Below, piece by piece: positions 38,791 through 51,199 of a stretch of 64,000 nucleotides of DNA (its first letter is position 1; each line of letters starts with the position of its first letter). The translations under genes and the position numbers were made by a program. Source of the stretch: Torpedo marmorata (taxonomy: Eukaryota); contig OZ360239.1 in assembly GCA_977017645.1 (NCBI GenBank), forward strand, positions 56,110,001 through 56,174,000. Direction: 5' to 3'. The notes under the pieces were generated by a model. That model was not told where the DNA came from, searched no databases, and saw nothing but the letters and a program-made list of their open reading frames with translations.

Positions 38791-40252
38791 CATCTACCCC
38801 TATGTCTCTTTTCCCTCTCTCTATTCCCCAAGCTCTGCATTCACAGAGCCAACTCGTCCCTCCCCATATCAATTCTCACCTTTCCTCTCTCCTGTCCTCC
38901 TATCCATACCCAGCTTTAGTGTGTTTTTACTGCAATCAGCCGTGTTTCACCCCCAAGTGCATATTCCACACACAGACTGCACTCGAGGTCAGATTTGAAC
39001 TCAGGTCTCTGAATCTATGAATGAACAGTGTTAAGGAGAAGCAGCCAGAATTACAGATTACAATGTGGCAGTCGTTAATAAAACTAAGAACCAGCATTCA
39101 CACTACTTTGAAATGTAACCTATAAGCAGTAATCAGCTTTGAAATTACAAAGACAACTGTACAAAGAAACAACACTGTCTATGAAGGGAATCCGCTTACT
39201 GGATCACAGCAGGACACCATAAGAAATATGCTCTGGAAACTGACAAGACAGTGAGATAAAAAGAGCAGTGGTTGAAATACTGTACTCAGTAGGTTAGGCC
39301 ATAGCTGTGGGGTGTGGGGGTAACAGAATTAACTGTCCAGGTTGAAGACTCTGCATCAGAACTGGGAAGAAGACAAAAGAAACTTGTTAAATTGCAGGGA
39401 AGGTGGGGGTGGGGGATATCCCTGAAAGGGTAACACCAGGATAATGATGGGAGATAAGCTGTAAACAAGGTTATCTAATCAATGAGTAAATGGCAGCAGA
39501 CAGAGAATGATAAAATAGACAAAAGAACATAGATAAAAGAATGTAGGAGTTGTAAAGTGCAGAACAGAAAGTTATGACCTTCAGGTCATGTTGGTGATGT
39601 CCTCTCCTCCACCCCCAGAGGAAAAACAGAGTGAAACACGAAAGTCCGCAGACTTTGTGATTGTAGTAAAAACACACCGAAACGTTAGAGGAACTCAGCC
39701 AGTCTTTTCAGCGTCTACAGGAGACATAGATATATTGCCAACGTTTCAGGTCTGTGTCCTTCTTCAAGGAATAAGCAGAATAAATCGGAAACAAGTCTCA
39801 GAATTCAGACAATGCTGGCTGGGGAAGGAATCCAGACCAACAAAAGGTGTTAATTGGATATGATAAGGGGGAGACAGAACTAGGGGAAGGCGACTGGGGG
39901 GGGGGGATTAACGAAAGCCAGAGAAGTCGATATTAATGCCATCCGGTTGGAGGGTGCAAAGTCGGAAGGTGAGATGTTGTTCTTCCAATGTGCGGGTGGT
40001 CTTAGTCTGGAAGTGCATGAGACCATGGACAGACATGTCAGCAAGGGAATGGGATGGAGAATTGAAATGGATGGCCACTGGGAGATCCACACTATTGCGG
40101 TGGACAGAGCCGAGGTGCTCAACAATGCGATCTCCCAGTCTGCATCCAGTCTCTTCGATGTAGAGGAGACCACAACGGGAGCACCGGATGCAGTAGATGA
40201 CCCCTGCAGATTCACAAGTGAAATGTTGCTTCACCCTGTACCCTGTAAGGAT

Positions 40253-40506
40253 TCAGAATCAGAATTTATTGTCATGAACAAGTCATGAAATTCGGTGTTT
40301 TGCGGAAGCATCATAGTGCAATTAACATTCATATTAACCATCTAACAACATTACTATAAAAAATTATAAACAATAGTGCACGAAAAGTAAGGCAGTGTCT
40401 TTGGTTCATTGATTATTCAGGAATCTGATGGCAGCGGGGAAGAAGCTGTCCTTGTGCCGTTGAGTGCTCGTCTTTAGGCTCCTGTACCTTTTTCCCATTG
40501 GAAGCA
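40253..40506 (-). mobile_element. Rex1 subfamily A 3' fragment nested in the Penelope element
   Basis: Tail tcagaatcagaatttattgtc; [29 protein letters not shown]. Confidence 0.92.
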
Positions 40507-40611
40507 TCTGCACCCAGGATGAGGACTTCCATGGCAGATCATCAGAGATGTCCTCCTTCAAACAACGTGGCTTTCCCTCTACCACCATCAACTTGGCGCT
40601 CACCTGTATAT

Positions 40612-41319
40612 AAAAGTAAACACGAAAATCTGTAGACACCGTGGTTGAAGTAAAAAACACAAAAGCTGGAGAACTCAGCAGGTCAAACAGTGTCTTTTAT
40701 GTAGCAAAGGTAGAAATACATAACAGACGTTTCAGGCTTGAGCCCTTCATCAAGGTATGAGAAAATGCCGGCAGGCGTCTGAACAAAGGAGTGAGGGGGG
40801 AAGGGGGGTGGGAAAGGCAGGAGATGATAGGTGGAGAAAGGAGGGAGGGGACAGCAGCAAAGAGGGGGAGGAGGGATGGCTGGGTGGGTGGGAAAAAACA
40901 GGAAGGACAGGTGAGGGGGAGGGGAAGGGAACAACAAGCAGGTTTAGTGGAAAGCAGAAAAGTCAATGTTAATTCCATCTGGCTGGAGAGTGCCGAGACG
41001 GAATATGAGATGTTGTTCCTCCAATTTGCGGGTAGTCTGGGTGGGATAGTACATGAGGCCATGGACAGACATGTGAGTGTGGGAGTGTGACCCAGAATTG
41101 AAATGGTTGGCTACTGGGAGGTCGCTGTTGTTGCGGACGGAGAGGAGGTGCTCAGCAAAGCGGTCTCCCAATCTACGACCGGTCTCTCCAATGTATAGAA
41201 AGCCACAAAGGGAGCACCGGATGCAGTAAATAAGTCCTCTGGATGTACAAGTGAAGTGTAGTTTCACTTGGAAGGCCTGTTTGGGGCCCTGGACCGTGGT
41301 GAGGGGGGAGGTGTGGGCG
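40612..41319 (-). mobile_element. Penelope family B 3' fragment nested in family A
   Basis: GIY-YIG ORF 40944-41267 (LIYCIRC..CGFLYIGETGRRLGDRFAEH); 11-bp TSD cacctgtatat (40601-40611, 41320-41330). Confidence 0.9.
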
Positions 41320-42197
41320 CACCTGTATATCCTCCATTACCTGCACATCTCCCCTGGCCCCTTCCACCCCCACATGCAACAAGGACAGGACTCCTCTTGT
41401 CCTCACCTACCATCCCACCAGCCTCCGCATCCAACACGTCCTCCTCCACCATTTCCGCCACCTACTACGTGATCCCTCCACTAGACACATATTCCCCTCT
41501 CCTCCCCTCTCCACCTTCCGCAGGGACCGCTCCCTCCGTGACTCCCTTGTCCACTCCTCCCTCCCCACCAATCGTCCCCTTGGGACCTATCCCTGTGACC
41601 GCAGGAGATGCTCTACTTGCGCCCACACCTCCTCCCTCACCACCATTCGGGGCCACAAATAGTCCTTCCAAGTGAAGCAACATTTCACTTGTGAATCTGC
41701 AGGGGTCATCTACTGCATCCGGTGCTCCTGTTGTGGTCTCCTCTACATCGGAGAGAATGGACGCATACTGGGAGATCGCTTTGTTGAGCACATCGGCTCT
41801 GTCCGCCACAATAGCGTGGATCTCCCAGTGGCCACCCATTTCAATTCTCTATCCCATTCCCTTGCTGACATGTCTGTTCATGGTCTCATGCACTGCCAGA
41901 CTGAGACCACCCATAAATTGGAGGAACAACACCTCATCTTCCAACTGGGCACCCTCCGACTGGATGGCATTAATATCGACTTCTCTGGCTTTCATTAAAC
42001 CCCCCCCCTTCTTCCCCCGTCGCCTTTCCCTATCTCTGTCTCTCCATTCCGTCTCCTTTCACACAAACATGATAAATTCTTACCTCACCCCTTATCATAT
42101 CCAATTAACAACTTTTGTTGGTCTGGATTCCTTCCCCAGCCAGCATTCTCTGAATTCTGAGACTTCCTGAGATTTCCTGCTTCTGTCTTATTCTGCT

Positions 42198-42238
42198 TAT
42201 TCCTTGAAGAAGCACTCAGGCCCGAAACGTTGGCAATA
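42198..42238 (+). ncRNA. Minimal hammerhead ribozyme motif in family A pLTR (stem II damaged)
   Basis: tattcc-TTGAAGA-agcactcaggccc-GAAAC-GTT-ggcaata. Confidence 0.6.
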
Positions 42239-43729
42239 TATCTTTGTCTCCTATAGACGCTGAAAAGACCGGCTGAGTGCCTCCAGCATTTCTGAGTGAT
42301 TTTTATAGATGATGCCTGTCGAGAGTTTGTCTCCCGAGATGGAGACAGAGAGATCAAGGAAAGGGAAAGTGTTGCTAGAGATGGACCAAATGAATTTGAG
42401 GTCGGGGTGGAAGTTGGCAGCAAAGTGGATGAAGTCAAGGAGCTCATCATGGGTACATGAGACAGCACCAAAGTAGTCATCGATGTAGCAGAGGAAAGGT
42501 TGAGGGGCCTTGCATGTGTAGGCTTGTAGCATGGATTGCTCCACGTAGCCAACAAAAAGGCAGGCATAGCTGAGGCCCATGCAGGTATCCATGGCAACCC
42601 CTTTGACCTGGAGAAAGTGGGATGAGTCAAAGGAGAAACTTTTGAAGGTGAGGACAAGTTCTGCCAGCCGGAGGAGGGTGGTGGTGGAGGGGGACTGGTT
42701 GGGTCTATTGTCAAGAAAGAAACGAAGGACTTTGAAGCCTTCAGTATGGGGGTTGGAGGTGAATAGGCATTGGATATCCATGGTAAACATGAGGCGATTG
42801 AGTTCAGGGAACTAGAATTTGTTGAAGTGATGGAGGGCATGTGAAGTGTCCCGGATGTAGTCGGGGAGGGACAGAAACAGGGGTGACAAAACAGAGTTGA
42901 GGTAAGCAGAGACCAATTCGGTGGGGCAGGAGCATGTGGACACGATGGGTCTGCCAGGACAATTGGGTTTGTGGATCTTCGGTAGGAGGTAGAAACGGGT
43001 TGGAGGCCGTGCCAGAGAGGTGACCGGAAGTGATGAGTTCAGAGATGGTGTGTGATACAGTGGTTTGATGAATTTTGTTGCGGTCCTGTTAGAGGGTAAG
43101 TAAGAGGAGGTGTCTGAGAGTTGTCATCTGGCTTCGGCCAGATAGAGGTCAGTGCGCCAGACCACAACAGCAACACCCTTGTCTGCAGGTTTGATGGTGA
43201 GGTTCGGATTGGTGCGGAGAGAGCGGAGGACCAGGCATTCCGAGTGGGTGAAATTGGAATGAGTGAGGGGAGTAGTGAAGTCGATACGGTTGATGTCACG
43301 GCAGCAGTTGGAAATATAAAGGTCCAGAGCAGGCAGAAGACCAGAATGAAGTGTCCAGGAGGAGGAAGAATGTTTGAAGCGGGAGAAGGGATCTGTGGTT
43401 GTGGAAGTAGGCATAGAGATGGAGCCGATGGAGGAAGAGTTCAGCATCATGGCATGCGCGGAACTCGTTAAGGTGTGGACGAAGGGGGACGAAAGTGAGG
43501 CTTCTACTGAGGACAGAGCATTCAGTCTTCGAGAGGGGAAGGTCGGCGGGGATGGTGAAGACTAGGCAGGGGTTAGGGAGAGGTTCAATGGGGTGGAGGG
43601 TGTCGGGGAAGGGAGGAGGATGGGATGGATCAGGAGGTGGAGGGTAGGAATGGTCCAGGGGAGGATTGGGAGGGTTGGGAAAGTCAGAGGGTGGAGGGAG
43701 AGAGCCCTGTGGGCTCCCGGAGCCAGGAT

Positions 43730-44150
43730 GGGAGTTCACGACGGAGGCTCAGTCCTGTAGATCGCAGGGGCCAAGGTGGAAATCTGCTTCCGATGCTCGG
43801 TTCTGTAGGTCGCCTAGTTCAGGGTGAAAGTTCATGTCGGATGCTTGATCCTGTACATTGTCGAGGCTGAGACAGAGACCCACGTGTGAAGCCCAGTCCT
43901 ATGGGCCGGCGGGTTCAGGGTGGAAGTTCATGTCGGAGGCTTGATCCTGTAGGTTGCCGGGGACGAGATGGAGACCCGTGTTTGAAGCCCGGTCCTGAGG
44001 GCCGGCGTATTCAGGGTGAAAGTTCATGTCGGAGGCTCAGTCCTGTAGATCGCTGAGGCCAAGGTGGAGACCCACGTCAGGAGCTCGGTCCTGTAAACCA
44101 CCAAGGCCAGAGTGGAGACCCACGTGGGAGTTCACCGAGGCGGCTGTCTC
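43730..44150. repeat. ~96-bp imperfect tandem repeats in the Penelope N-terminal linker
   Basis: ttcagggtgaaagttcatgtcgga.gct recurs at about 43818, 43914 and 44011. Confidence 0.8.
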
Positions 44151-45013
44151 CAGGGACGCGAGCTTCCGATCCTTGATGGATGCCAGGTGTGCGTAGAATC
44201 AGCGGTTGATCCCATGGATCCAGCGGAGGATGAAGTGTAGGAGAGGTCCATGACAGATCGTAGCGAGTGAGGTACGGAGCCGTGGTAGTGAGAGCTCGCT
44301 GGTACCTGCGCATCAAGCTGAGGGTAGTCCATAGGATACGCGGGCGAAGCGAAGAGAGCAGGAGTCAATGCAGTGCAGGTACCTGAGATCCCGGTGGGGC
44401 CAAACTGGAAGGCTTGGAACCGGAGCTGGAATCCACGTGACACCAGATGGCTGCGGAGGCAAATAGCCAGGAAAGACACATGGTTGTGGAAGCGAGTCTG
44501 GGTGAGAACATGGTCGTAGAGCTTGAGAGCAGCACGGAGTGCAGATAGGGAGCAGTGAGAGGACTCTCACCGAACTCCCTTCGAAGAGAGGAGAATTTCT
44601 TCAGGGTAGGCATCCCTCAAAGAGATTTCGCAGTGGATTAACTGAACTGAGTGAAACACGGAAGTCTGCAGACGCTGTGACTGTAGTAAAAACACACCGA
44701 AATGCTGGAGGAACTCAGCCGGTCTTTTCAGCGTCTATAGGAGACAAAGATTTATTGCTGACGTTTCGGGCCTGAACCCTTCAAGGAATAAGCAGAATAA
44801 AACAGAAGCATGAAATCTCAGGAAGTCTCAGAATTCAGACAATGCTGGCTGGGGGAGGTGTTAATTGGATATGATAAGGAACGAGGTAAGAATTTATCAT
44901 GTTTGTGCGAAAGGAGTCCAGAAAACTGCAACATGCCCAGATGAAAGATGAGGCATCGTTCCTCATTGTAACAGTTCAGGAGGGCACAGACTGATAAGTC
45001 AGAGCGGGAGTGG

Positions 45014-45503
45014 GACTCCCTGCAATAGCCATGCAAAAGGTAGCGGGCACAGCCGAGGACATCACAGCCAAAACCCTCCCCACTCTCGAGAACATCTACA
45101 GGGAACACTGCTGTTGGAGAGCAGCAGCAATCATCAAGGATCCACACCACCCACCACACACTCTGTTCTCGCTGCTAACCATCAGGAAAGAGGTATAGGT
45201 GCCACAAGACTTGCACCACCAACTTCAGGAACAGCTGCTACCCCTCCACCATCAGACTCCTCAACAACAAACTCAATCACGGACTTATTTAAGGACTCTT
45301 ACTTTTGCACTTTATTGGTTTTCTTTCTCTCTGTATTGCACAGTCAGTTTGTTAACATTTCTTTATTTGTTTACATCTGTACGTTGAGTACAGTTTTTTT
45401 TGCACTACCAATAGTGGTAATTCTGCATCACACACAGGAAAAAGAATCTCAGGGTTGTATGTGATGTCATGTATGTACTCTTTGACAATAAATCTGAAAT
45501 CTG
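45014..45503 (+). mobile_element. Rex1-type LINE subfamily D 3' fragment
   Basis: LPTLENIYREHC..RAAAIIKDPHHP; tail gacaataaatctgaaatctga. Confidence 0.88.
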
Positions 45504-46014
45504 ATGATGGGGGATAAGGTGCAAACAAGGTTAGTGAGTCAATGAGTAAATGGGAGCAGATAGAGAATGATAATATAGACAAAAGAACATAGTTGAAAGA
45601 ATGTAGGAGTTGTAAAGTGCAGAACAGAAAGATAAGTCCTGCAGGTCAGGCTGGGGATGTCTTCTCCTCCACTCCACTCCCAGAGGTAAAACAGTCCAGA
45701 AGACTGCAACGTGCCCAGATGAAAGATGAGGTGCTGTTCCTCATTGTAACAGTTCAGGAGGGCACAGACTGATAAGTCAGAGTGGGAGTGGCAGGCAATG
45801 GGAACAGCACTCTATCTTCCGATCAAATTCTGCTCAAGCACCTATGTACAAATTGTAACAAAGATTGGATGACTGTTTCACTGAACAACCACGCTCTGTG
45901 GGTCTGAGCTTGAGCTTTCTGTAGCCAACCATTTCAACTCATCCAACCATTCTTACAGTTTAATTTCTGTCCTTTGCCCCATCCATTGTCAGGGGGAAGC
46001 CAAATTCCACCTGT

Positions 46015-46680
46015 TCAAGTTTATTATATGCGATTGTACATATAGAACCTGACGAAACAGCTCTCTCCAGAACATGGTGTGTGCAGAAAAATACACAATA
46101 CACTGTACATAAAGATCCCATAAATAATCAAAATTTTAAAAAAAAATATATATATATAAATATTTGGGATGACTTTCCCGGTAACAGGATACTCTTTATC
46201 AGTCTCACACCATGTGGGAAGAAGCTATTCCCCAGCCTGGCAGTCCTGATTTTGATGCTCCTCTGCTGTCTTCTTGATGGTAGTGGGTTGAAGATACTGT
46301 GTGCTGGATGGAAAGCATCTTCTATAATTCCTTGAGCCCTATTTAGACAGCGCTACCAGTAAAAGTTGTCTATAGAGGAAAGGGAGACCCCAGTGACCCT
46401 CTCGGCTGTTTTGTTTTTCAAAATATATTTATTGACATCAAAAACAAATTCATACACATTATACAGATATACATTGTGCTCCTATTTTCCTTTTTTAACA
46501 GAAAAACCAACATACATATGCACAAATATTCACATACACCCTCAGACACACGCCCGGGACTCCCACTCCCTCACCACCTTGCCGCCTTTGTTGACAGTAT
46601 TATCAGTATATTTCAGCTGTTTTAATGTTCCTCTGTATAGACTTCCAGTCTGATGCTTTGCAGCTACGATATCACACAAC
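46015..46680 (-). mobile_element. Old Rex1-type 3' fragment with a ~200-bp insert (46413-46615) flanked by gctgtttt
   Basis: ttcaagtttatt tail, gggaagaagctattccccagcctgg; direct repeat at 46405-46412 and 46616-46623. Confidence 0.6.
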
Positions 46681-46795
46681 TGGAACAACATGGGTCACAT
46701 GGGCATAATTGAGTGGCATGTGCTCTTGTGCTGGAAGTGCCTGTTACTATGCTCTACTTCTAAATTAAATAAACTAAATTAAACACATCATATTT

Positions 46796-46918
46796 CTCCT
46801 GGACAGCCTGAAACCTAACGAGACAAGTACCGATTTTTAAAAATGTAGGTAACTCCCACCCCCACCTAGATTTTGAAAAATCGGTACTTGTCTCATTAGG
46901 TTTCAGGCTGTCCAGGAG
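46796..46918. repeat. 123-bp hairpin, unclassified MITE-like fold-back
   Basis: ctcctggacagcctgaaacctaacgagacaagtaccgatttt / aaaatcggtacttgtctcattaggtttcaggctgtccaggag. Confidence 0.85.
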
Positions 46919-47042
46919 GCTTCTATGCTCAACACTGAATCCTTCAATTTCCTGCATTTTCTGATTTTATTTTCAAGTTTCAGCTCCTGCATTATTTTCC
47001 TTGATAATTCTACAATAAGACAGAGCTCCCTTTTTATACAGT

Positions 47043-47519
47043 TAAACAGGAAAGTCTGTAGACGCTGTGATTGTAGTGCAATACACAAAGAGCTGGAGAA
47101 ACTCAGCAGGTCACGCAGCAGCCATCAGAAGCAAAGGTGTACAGTATAACCAACATTTCGGGCCTGAGCCCTTTGTCAAGGTATGAGCAGAAAGCAGGCA
47201 GGCACCTGAATAAAAAGGTAGGGGGAGGAGGGAAGAAAGAGCAGGGGGAGGAGCACAGGCCAACAGGCAAGAGGATGTAGGTCGATATGGGTGGGAGGGC
47301 AGAAGAGAAAATAGCTGAGAAGTAATGGGGGAGGTGGTAGCTCTCTGAATGGAGAGGGAAAGGGGTGGGGAGCTGGAAGCAAGGAGACAGAGGGATAGGG
47401 AAGAGAGAGAGAGAGGCAGGGGAGGGCCTAACAGAAATCAGAGAAGTCGATGTTAATGCCATCTGGTTGGAGAGCGCCCAGACGGAATATTAGGTGTTGT
47501 TACTCCAAATTGCAGGTGA
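47043..47519 (-). mobile_element. Penelope (third family) 3' fragment with pLTR
   Basis: GIY-YIG tail gaagtcgatgttaatgccatctgg; degenerate hammerhead at 47150-47185; imperfect TSD cctttttatacagt / ccttttttacagt. Confidence 0.8.
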
Positions 47520-47537
47520 CCTTTTTTACAGTCCTTT

Positions 47538-50222
47538 TCAAGTCAAGTCAAGTTTATTGTCATCTGATTGTACAAGTACAACCCAACAAAACAGTGTTCT
47601 CCGGTCCTCGGTGCAAAACATAGACACACAACCAGACATAACACACATACAGACAAATAATACATATGCAGGACAAGTATTATATCTATAAAAGTAAATA
47701 AATAAATATTGTTTTGTACAAATGAGAGTCTTGGATGGTTAGTGTGAGCAGTTCCTTTGGCCGTTCAGCAATCTCACTGCCCGTGGGAAGAAGCTGTTCT
47801 TCAACCTGGTGGTGCTGGCTCTGATACTCCTGTATCTCTTTCCCGATGAGAGCAGCTGAAAGATGCTGTGTGCAGGGTGGAAGGGATCCTCAATGATTTT
47901 GCGCGCCATCTTCAGACAATGATCCCGGTAGATCACGTCGATGGGGGCGGGGGGAGGGAGACCCCAGTGATCCTCTTTGCCACTCTTATGGTCCTGTGGA
48001 TTGACCTCCGATCCATTTCTCTGCAGCAACCGTACCACACTGTGATGCAGCCAGCCAGGACGCTCTCGATAGAGCTCCTGTAGAAGGTTGACATAATGGC
48101 GGCCGGTAGCCTTGCCCGCTTCAGTCTTCTGAGGAAGTGCAGTCGCTGTTGCACCTTCCTGACAAGTGAGGAGATGTTGAGTGTCCATGATAGGTCACTA
48201 GTTAAGTGAACTCCAAGGAACTTGGTGCTCTCCACTCTCTCCACTACAGAGTTGTTGATGTGTAGTGGAGGGTGGTCATTCCTGGTCCTCCTGAAGTCCA
48301 CGATTATCCCTTTCGTCTTGTCCACGTTGAGACTCAGGTTGTTACTCTCGCACCATTTCACGAGATTTTCCACCTCTTCTCTGTAGTGCAACTCATTGTT
48401 TCTGATGAGGCTAACTACTGTTATGTCATCTGGAAACTTGATGACACTGTTGGAGCTCGATCTGGTGATGCAGTCGTGGGTCAGTAGTGTGAACAGGAGC
48501 GGGCTGAGCACACAGCCCTGAGGTACACTAGTGCTCAGCGTGACGGTGCTCAATATTCTGCTACTGACCCGGACAGACTGTGGTCTTTCTGTTACGAAGT
48601 CCAGGATCCAGTTACAGAGAGGGGTGTTGAGTCCCAGCGAGGACAGCTTCTCCACCAGCCTCTGGGGAATGATCATATTAAATGCCGAGCTGAAGTCAAT
48701 GAACAGCAGTCTGGTGTATGAGCTGTCGTTCTCCAGGCGGGCCAGGACAGAGTGAAGTGACAAGGCTATAGCATCGTCTGTGGAAAGGTTTCTTCTATAG
48801 GCGAATTGAAATGGATCTAGCGTCTCTGATAGATGTGCTTTGATGTGTTCCATCACCAAACGCTCGAAGCATTTCAGAATCAAAATCAGAATCAGAATTT
48901 ATTGTCATAAACAAGTCATGAAATTCGGTGTTTTGCGGCAGCATCATAGTGCAATTAACATTCATATTATAACCATCTTACGACATTACTATAAAAATTA
49001 TAAATAATAGTGCACGAAAAGTAAGGCAGTGTCTTTGGTTCATTGATTATTCAGGAATCTGATGACAGCGGGGAAGAAGCTGTCCTTGTGCCGTTGAGTG
49101 CTCGTCTTTAGGCTCCTGTACCTTTTTCCCGATGGAAGCAGAGTGAAGAGGGCATGGCCTGGGTGGTGGGGGTCTTTGAGGATAGAGGCTGCTTTTTTAA
49201 GACACCGCATCATGTAGATGTCCTCGATGGAGTGAAGTTTGGTGCCTGTGATGTCACAGGCCGTTAACAACCCTCTGGAGTTTACTCTTGTCCTGAGAGT
49301 TGGCGCCTCCATACCAGGCAGTGATGCAACCAGCCAGAATACTCTCCACGGTACACCTGTAGAAGTTTACGAGAGTCTTCGGTGACATACCGAATCTCCT
49401 CAGACACCTCACGAAGTATAGCCGCTGGTGAGCCTTCTTTGTGATTGCATCATTGTGGAGGCTCCAAGACAGATCCTCGGAGATGTTGACACCCAGGAAT
49501 TTGAAGTTCTTGACCCTCTCCACTACTGAGCCCTCGATGAGGACTGGGTCGTGTTCCCTTGACTTCCTCCTGAAGTCCACAATCATCTCCTTGGTTTTGC
49601 TGACGTTGAGCTCAAGGTTGTTGTCGTTACTCCATTCAATGAGCTGATCTATCTCCCTCCTGTATGCTTCCTCATTGCCGTTTGTGATTCTGCCGACAAC
49701 TGTGGTGTCATCGGCAAACTTGTAGATGGCATTGGAATTGTGCCTGGCCTCACGGTCATGGGTGTATAACGAGTAGAGCAGTGGACTAAGCACGCATCCT
49801 TGGGGTGCGCCTGTGTTGATAATCAGTGAGGAGGAGACGTTGTTTCAAATTCGTACTGACTGTGGTCTTCCAATGAGAAAGTCAAGGATCCAGTTGCAGA
49901 GTGGGGTACAGAGGCCTAGAGTTTGTAGCTTCTTGACCAGCACTGAGGGAATAATGGTTTTGAAGGCCTAGCTGTAGTCGATGAAGAGCAGCCGTATGTA
50001 TGAATTGCTGTTTTTGAGATGATCCAGAGCTGAGTGGAGAGCCTGCGATATTGCATTTGCTGTGGAGCGATTGTGACGAAAGGCGAATTGCAGTGGGTCA
50101 GTGCCACAGGGCGGTAGTCATTGAGGCCTGCTATTATTGCCCTCTTGGTTACCAGGATGATGGTGGCTGTCTTGAACCCTGCGGGTACGATGGACTGCTG
50201 CAGTGAGGTGTTGAAGATGTCT
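47538..50222 (-). mobile_element. Rex1-type LINE subfamily C ((ttgac)n tail), interrupted by a subfamily A copy
   Basis: RT ORF 47933-48883; 5' remainder [17 protein letters not shown]...NDYRPVALT at 50097-50222; tail tcaagtcaagtcaag. Confidence 0.9.
48874..50099 (-). mobile_element. Rex1 subfamily A, 5'-truncated, nested in subfamily C
   Basis: ORFs 49254-49793 and 49040-49312; tail tcagaatcaaaatcagaatcagaat. Confidence 0.93.
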
Positions 50223-50954
50223 CTTCTCCCCACCTTAATCTGCTTTTAACTTCCTAATTCTGGTGAAAGTTCATCACCGGAAAACATTAACTGTTTCTCT
50301 GCTTGGTTTGCTGACATGACCAGTATTTTGAGTCCTTCAGATACTTTCAGTACCTTCTCGAACATTAACTATGTTCGGCAGTTCTGAGTTAAATGTTAAG
50401 TCCTAAATTAAATATCAGATGCCTTTAATTTCCACACTTGATCAAATTCTCGTTTTCATACTTAAACACACCGTTTTGAATACTCAGTGTGACACAGTTG
50501 GATGGGATTTCCTTTGCCTAATCGCTTACTAACTGCGGACAGAAAACTACTCAGAAGAAAAAAAATCTTTCCTTCTCCTTTGTCACCCCTTAAATCCTCT
50601 TGGTGTCTATTTCTGTTCCCCTTCAAGTTACCACTTTTGTGATGTCTGTTAAAAAATAACCACTGTCTGTCACCTAATTTATTATCTCTAATTTGTCACA
50701 ATGCACCCCTCCAGCACTGGAAGGGCAGAAATGTTCTCCCACCATAGATTAGAAAGACTGAAGCCTATGTCGCTGGCACAAAACAACGAATTTCGTGACA
50801 CATGTTCATGGCAATAAATTCTGATTCTTCTGGTGCTCACTATAATCTTCATTCACCAGCCCTCGACTCCTCTTCCAGGCAATGGAGAGTCTAAACAGGG
50901 CCGTTTGCAACCCTAGGATCATATTTGACTTTGACATGAATTTCGGACACCATG

Positions 50955-51060
50955 TACTACGAAGGGTTTCGGCCCGAAAGATTGACATTCTTTTTCTCCC
51001 AGTGATACTGCTCGGCCCGCTGAGTTCCTCCAGCGGATTGTGTTCAGCTTTCAATAACAA
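50955..51060 (+). mobile_element. Old Penelope pLTR fragment with degenerate hammerhead
   Basis: acgaagggtttcggcccgaaagattgac...gctgagttcctccagc. Confidence 0.6.
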
Positions 51061-51199
51061 CGCGTACCTTCCTTATCTCAGGCTGAATCACCCCTTCAAA
51101 ATGTTCTGTTACTTCGAGACTCTGCACAGTCTCCTAACTGGCTTCTTAATGCCTTTCGTGTTAAACGAGGGGGCACCTCTAAGCTCTTGTTTATTGCAT

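Larger units (their letters stand above)
39630..44914 (-). mobile_element. Near full-length rearranged Penelope-like element (family A) with three pLTRs and an internal inversion
   Basis: pLTR 44650-44914; N-term and RT on minus 44615-42308 (FTMDIQ, LQVKGVAM, YIDD); inverted plus segment 40232-42305 (HPVPCKD...GIY-YIG 41672-41998, pLTR); second GIY-YIG plus pLTR on minus 40232-39630. Confidence 0.88.

Noticed and set aside
39908-41998. GIY-YIG ORFs as host nuclease genes or homing endonucleases
   Set aside because: Multi-copy, linked to Penelope RT and pLTRs, and carry disabling changes
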